10,582 bases of DNA from Tolypothrix carrinoi HA7290-LM1 (GTDB lineage Bacteria; Cyanobacteriota; Cyanobacteriia; Cyanobacteriales; Nostocaceae), in NCBI GenBank assembly GCA_019358935.1, contig JAHHIK010000178.1, positions 1 to 10,582 of the forward strand. Reading direction: 5' to 3'. The stretch's first letter is position 1, and each line of letters starts with the position of its first letter. The position numbers were made by a program, and so were the translations under genes. The notes under the pieces are model-generated. The model had not been told where the DNA came from, did no database searches, and saw nothing but the letters and a program-made list of their open reading frames with translations. This document shows positions 7,769 to 10,582 of the stretch, one piece after another.

Positions 7769-8021
7769 TCGTCCTGGACTCTTATTAAGTTCAAGCAGAC
7801 TGCTTAATCCACCTTCTCTATAGAGCTTTAGCCACCTCTGCACCGTTATCCTTCCTCTCCCCAACACTACTGCCAGGTGTTGCACCGTTTGGACTTGCCG
7901 CGTTTTTAATAAATACAGCGCTTGAACACGCTATGAACCCAAACCCAGTTTTTTGTTGTTTCAACAATTCCTGAAGTTCAGACGCTGGTTCTTTTATTTC
8001 TAGCTTGAGAACCCTACACAT
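7769..8021 (-). pseudogene. IS630 #2 transposase, 5' portion, frameshifted
   Basis: MCRVLKLEIKEPASELQELLKQQKTG, then in a shifted frame RVQALYLLKTRQVQTVQHLAVVLGRGRITVQRWLKLYREGGLSSLLELNKSPGR. Confidence 0.85.
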
Positions 8022-8083
8022 TTTTGTTTTTTATGAGTGACGCCCCCTGAAACTATATGTATCATATTTTTAGTGAAATGGTA

Positions 8084-8750
8084 TAACTCATCTTGAATCA
8101 TGAATTGCTCTAGTGGGTATTTATCTAAACGCCTTTCATTGTTATGGTTAAGGATACAGAGAATCATTAAGGAGCGAAATTCATGTAAAGTTAAAACTCC
8201 ATCCAGCCTTTTATCCCTTTCACCTCGTGAGGGAAGGTTTTTTACAGCTCCTGGCAACCAGTGAATTCTTTAATTATTCAACTCGTTAAAACTCTGTTCA
8301 ACAATGCCTTTCATGTCGGCTCGATAAGGCGGTGTATTATCAACCTTGATATTGAGAGATTCCACCAAATTATTTGCATTGTATCCCTCAAATTCTCCTC
8401 TATCTGCCAGCACGGCGTGCGGGAGGTGATGGCTTGGCCATTCCGCTTCTGTAATTTCAATGCCAAATCCCCTGCAACAACCCTTCGCCTTATGGGGACA
8501 GCCAACATCTGTAAAATGTCGCTCTTGTATCGAGGATCTAGTAAACAAGGCTGTCCCCATAAGTCTTGGTCAGGTGTCGCCCTGGCAAAAAAAGACTTTG
8601 TCTGCTGTGGCGTTTTCTAAGGCTAACATTGCTCCCAACCATGAGGGAGGTTCGAGGGTGACAATAAACCCAACTATTAATCGGCTAAATACATCAATAA
8701 CTAAATAGAGTGTCGGTCTACCAATAATCCAACTTCGGTTAATGGCACTT
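8084..8750 (-). pseudogene. tnsB: Tn7 TnsB-family transposase, internal fragment
   Basis: IIGRPTLYLVIDVFSRLIVGF...EPPSWLGAMLALENA; EWPSHHLPHAVLADRGEF; NTPPYRADMKGIVEQSF; LDGVLTLHEF. All in one frame, with an in-frame TAA at 8270-8272 and a 111-bp insert. Confidence 0.9.
8471..8581. mobile_element. About 111-bp miniature inverted-repeat insertion in tnsB
   Basis: Perfect 15-bp IR CTTATGGGGACAGCC (8489-8503) / GGCTGTCCCCATAAG (8549-8563). Removing it restores FCQ-GFGIEITE. Confidence 0.75.
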
Positions 8751-8973
8751 GTGCCAGTACTTAAAAACTTTTGGAAGCTGGCTGCAACGAGACTTATATT
8801 ACCTTTGAAAATTCTCAAAAAAGGAGGGCGTAATTGGAGCGAGGGTCACTCTCTGCTGCAAGAGCTATTGCAGCAGGGGCAACAAAACGGATGGTAATAA
8901 GAGCGCGATCGTACTTTCTGTGGGGGGGGTGCGATCGCCTTGACAATTCAGACAGACGTATTTTATCACCACT

Positions 8974-9171
8974 ATGAAAATCGAAACTATCACTTATAAG
9001 CGAGTGAAAAACCTGGGTAATTACCAATCTGAGACTTTTGAAGCAACTGCGACTGTTGAAGAAGGAGAAGAAGCTCACATTGTAGCTGAGGTACTCAAAA
9101 ACTTTGTCTGCGGTCAACTTCATCGAAATGCGATCAAAGATGATTCTGATGAACTTCCAGAGGGATTTTAG
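8974..9171 (+). CDS. Small hypothetical protein (KRVKNLGNYQSE motif), plasmid/phage-like
   Basis: Clean 65-aa ORF with protein-like composition; first of three tightly spaced co-oriented ORFs. Confidence 0.75.
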   Translation: MKIETITYKRVKNLGNYQSETFEATATVEEGEEAHIVAEVLKNFVCGQLHRNAIKDDSDELPEGF

Positions 9172-9173
9172 CT

Positions 9174-9360
9174 ATGAGTGAAAAATCCATAACAGACTCA
9201 CCCTCCCCTCGATTTTTATCTTGTTTGGCACTCTTGTCAGCGGTCAAAAGCCATGATCGACAAAGCTCTGTCCATCATGGTTCTGCCTGATTTTCCAAGA
9301 GATGAACTTTACAAAGAAGCTAGAGAACTCCTCCTAGCCGCCGCCGTAATACTGCAATAA
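9174..9360 (+). pseudogene. Hypothetical protein, +1 frameshift at about 9246
   Basis: MSEKSITDSPSPRFLSCLALLSAVK / AMIDKALSIMVLPDFPRDELYKEARELLLAAAVILQ*. It fills the gap between its neighbours exactly. Confidence 0.5.
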
Positions 9361-9368
9361 AACGCACT

Positions 9369-9722
9369 ATGAAAATTAAAAGACTACACGCACCTAATCT
9401 GATTTCAACTGGTAATTACAACAATGAAAGAATTGGATTTTCTGTTGAATTAAACGAAGGGGAATCTATTGAATCCGTAGTAACTAGTTTGAGATAAAAA
9501 GTAATAAAGGTTGTCAGACCATCAGCAGAAAAGTATTACCAAGGTATAAAAGAGTATCAGAGTGAATGTGTTCAGATAGAACGAAAACTAAATAACTTAC
9601 GTAAGGAATGGGACGCGACAGCCGCATTTTTAAAAGCACAAGGACTAAACCCAGAAGCACCATCGATGCTAATGTTTCGCACCGCGAGGTTTTCAAAACC
9701 TTTGGTTTTGGGTTGCGCTTAG
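9369..9722 (+). pseudogene. Hypothetical coiled-coil protein with premature TAA at 9495-9497
   Basis: MKIKRLHAPNLISTGNYNNERIGFSVELNEGESIESVVTSLR*KVIKVV...IERKLNNLRKEWDATAAFLKAQGLNPEAPSM; the frame stays open past the stop. The 3' end is uncertain. Confidence 0.65.
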
Positions 9723-9931
9723 AGGCAATTATCCTCTCCCAAATTTACCCCCTAATCGAATTACTTCGGTGTCGACGGTAAACCAGAAGTTAGGATTCGC
9801 AAAGGTCGAAAATCAGGAAAGCCCACTAAACGCCATCTCTCACTACGTCGGTTTCAAAAATCTCGCGAAGGCTTGCACCGTCATTGTCAGCGTCCGGTGA
9901 AAAAGAAGGGTTTAGGGGGTGGCTGAGTGGG

Positions 9932-10045
9932 TGTCGGGGGGGGGACGGCGTTGTCCTCAGACAAGCGTTGATAGACCAACGCAACGAGAGTGAAAGGGAC
10001 GAGGCTTCTGACCAAGCGCGTTGTTGGGGCAGGTCTTGCGCCCCA
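9932..10045. other. GC-rich cluster of stem-loops, function unknown
   Basis: Stems at 9932-9963, GCGTTG-ATAGAC-CAACGC (9965-9982) and TGGGGC...GCCCCA (10025-10045). Confidence 0.4.
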
Positions 10046-10072
10046 CACCCTACACCCCACACCCCACACCCC
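10041..10072 (+). repeat. Heptamer tandem repeat CCC(C/T)ACA x4.5 (STRR-like)
   Basis: ccccaca ccctaca ccccaca ccccaca cccc. Confidence 0.9.
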
Positions 10073-10538
10073 GCGAGACTCGGGACTGGTGATAAAAGTA
10101 AAATCACGCATAGTGGGTGGTTCTGACTTATGCTGAATTGCTAGAGGCAAGTGGGTTTTTACCCGCATTTTGTGTTAAACGATAGCAGAAAAATAATGAG
10201 ATCGGGGTTCCAAAAAGTCAGACACTCCCTATCCAGCCTTGTTTTAAAGATCCTCAACACCCCACCAGTCACAAAGGATGAAGGCGCATCCTTTTTTGTC
10301 CAGTTTTAGCGTAGGGGAAACACTTGGCGCGATCGTTGGATGCCGAGAAAGCTGCCGGTCGAGGAGTGAGGTTGGTGCGACCTTTGTATATCAGCCAAAG
10401 CCGCGAAGTTACTATTTAAGGAGTTAGTCAAAACGATTTGCCTAGAGTGAAAATACTCCTAAGAAACACATTCGGTAGCAGTAGGTTGAGCAACAAGATC
10501 AAAGCCTAGAGCGCGGGCTTTTTTCTGGAGATATTTCA

Positions 10539-10554
10539 CAGTGCGATCGCACTG
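10539..10554. repeat. HIP1 octamer within a 16-bp perfect palindrome (other HIP1 sites at 1801, 4765, 8931)
   Basis: CAGTGCGATCGCACTG. Confidence 0.85.
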
Positions 10555-10582
10555 ATTGTCTTTCATAGGCATCAATACCAGG

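Larger units (their letters stand above)
5873..7772 (-). mobile_element. IS607-family element (tnpA + tnpB), 1,900 bp
   Basis: Removing it rejoins the IS630 codons KSPG-R-PTTIP. TCGT is shared at both junctions (5869-5872 and 7769-7772). No terminal IRs. Confidence 0.92.
4985..8083 (-). mobile_element. IS630-family element #2 with both ends, interrupted by IS607
   Basis: IRs TACCATTTCACGAAAACCCTGATACA (4985) and TACCATTTCACTAAAAATATGATACA (minus strand from 8083). TAA is directly repeated at 4982-4984 and 8084-8086. Confidence 0.9.

Noticed and set aside
4592..8708. ORFs 4592-4855, 6596-6877, 7173-7412, 7201-7485, 8261-8620, 8311-8508, 8460-8708
   Set aside because: Antisense or off-frame shadows of IS630, tnpB, tnpA and tnsB with no recognisable motifs.
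8743..8757. Palindrome TGGCAC-TT-GTGCCA and TGT at the tnsB truncation point as another element end
   Set aside because: No matching second end or binding-site repeats in the window.
8853..8876. 9-bp stem CTGCTGCAA/TTGCAGCAG as a terminator
   Set aside because: There is no U-tract, and it could simply reflect LLQELLQQ codons of a possible gene remnant ending at 8897.
8940..8970. TTGACA as a -35 promoter element
   Set aside because: No convincing -10 at 16-18 bp, and it would sit too close to the ATG at 8974.
8815..10168. ORFs 8815-9123, 9514-9696, 9826-10107, 9884-10126, 9887-10168
   Set aside because: Antisense to better ORFs, or open only because of GC-rich and heptamer repeat sequence (GVWGVGC, PHTPHP).
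10459..10582. Possible minus-strand CDS tail (PGIDAYERQSVRSHCEISPEK) and hairpin at 10501-10524
   Set aside because: Too short, frame ambiguous at a T6 run, and no recognisable motif.

Overview
A cyanobacterial (HIP1 GCGATCGC sites, heptamer tandem repeats), probably plasmid or genomic-island window made almost entirely of nested and decaying mobile DNA. Left to right: (1) the 3' end of a probable four-helix-bundle gene with heptamer repeats; (2) a 3' remnant of an IS4/IS701-like transposase; (3) a 3,178-bp TGT...ACA transposon (990-4167) with 166-bp terminal inverted repeats, an intact serine resolvase, a broken Mu/rve-type DDE transposase and an internally deleted ExeA/TniB-like ATPase; (4) remains of a Tn7-like operon on the minus strand (tnsB 8084-8750, tnsD 4168-4342), hit by two IS630 elements 11 bp apart and by a 111-bp inverted-repeat insert; (5) inside the second IS630, a 1.9-kb IS607 element with intact tnpA and a tnpB showing Fanzor2/pro-Fanzor hallmarks (DPG RuvC-I, Pro at the canonical RuvC-II Glu, alternative Glu in NESYTSK), broken by one amber codon, with its frame open across the whole of tnpA; (6) a small operon of plasmid/phage-like hypothetical genes, partly pseudogenised, and a GC-rich multi-hairpin region. 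Family calls come from motif recognition, not database searches.
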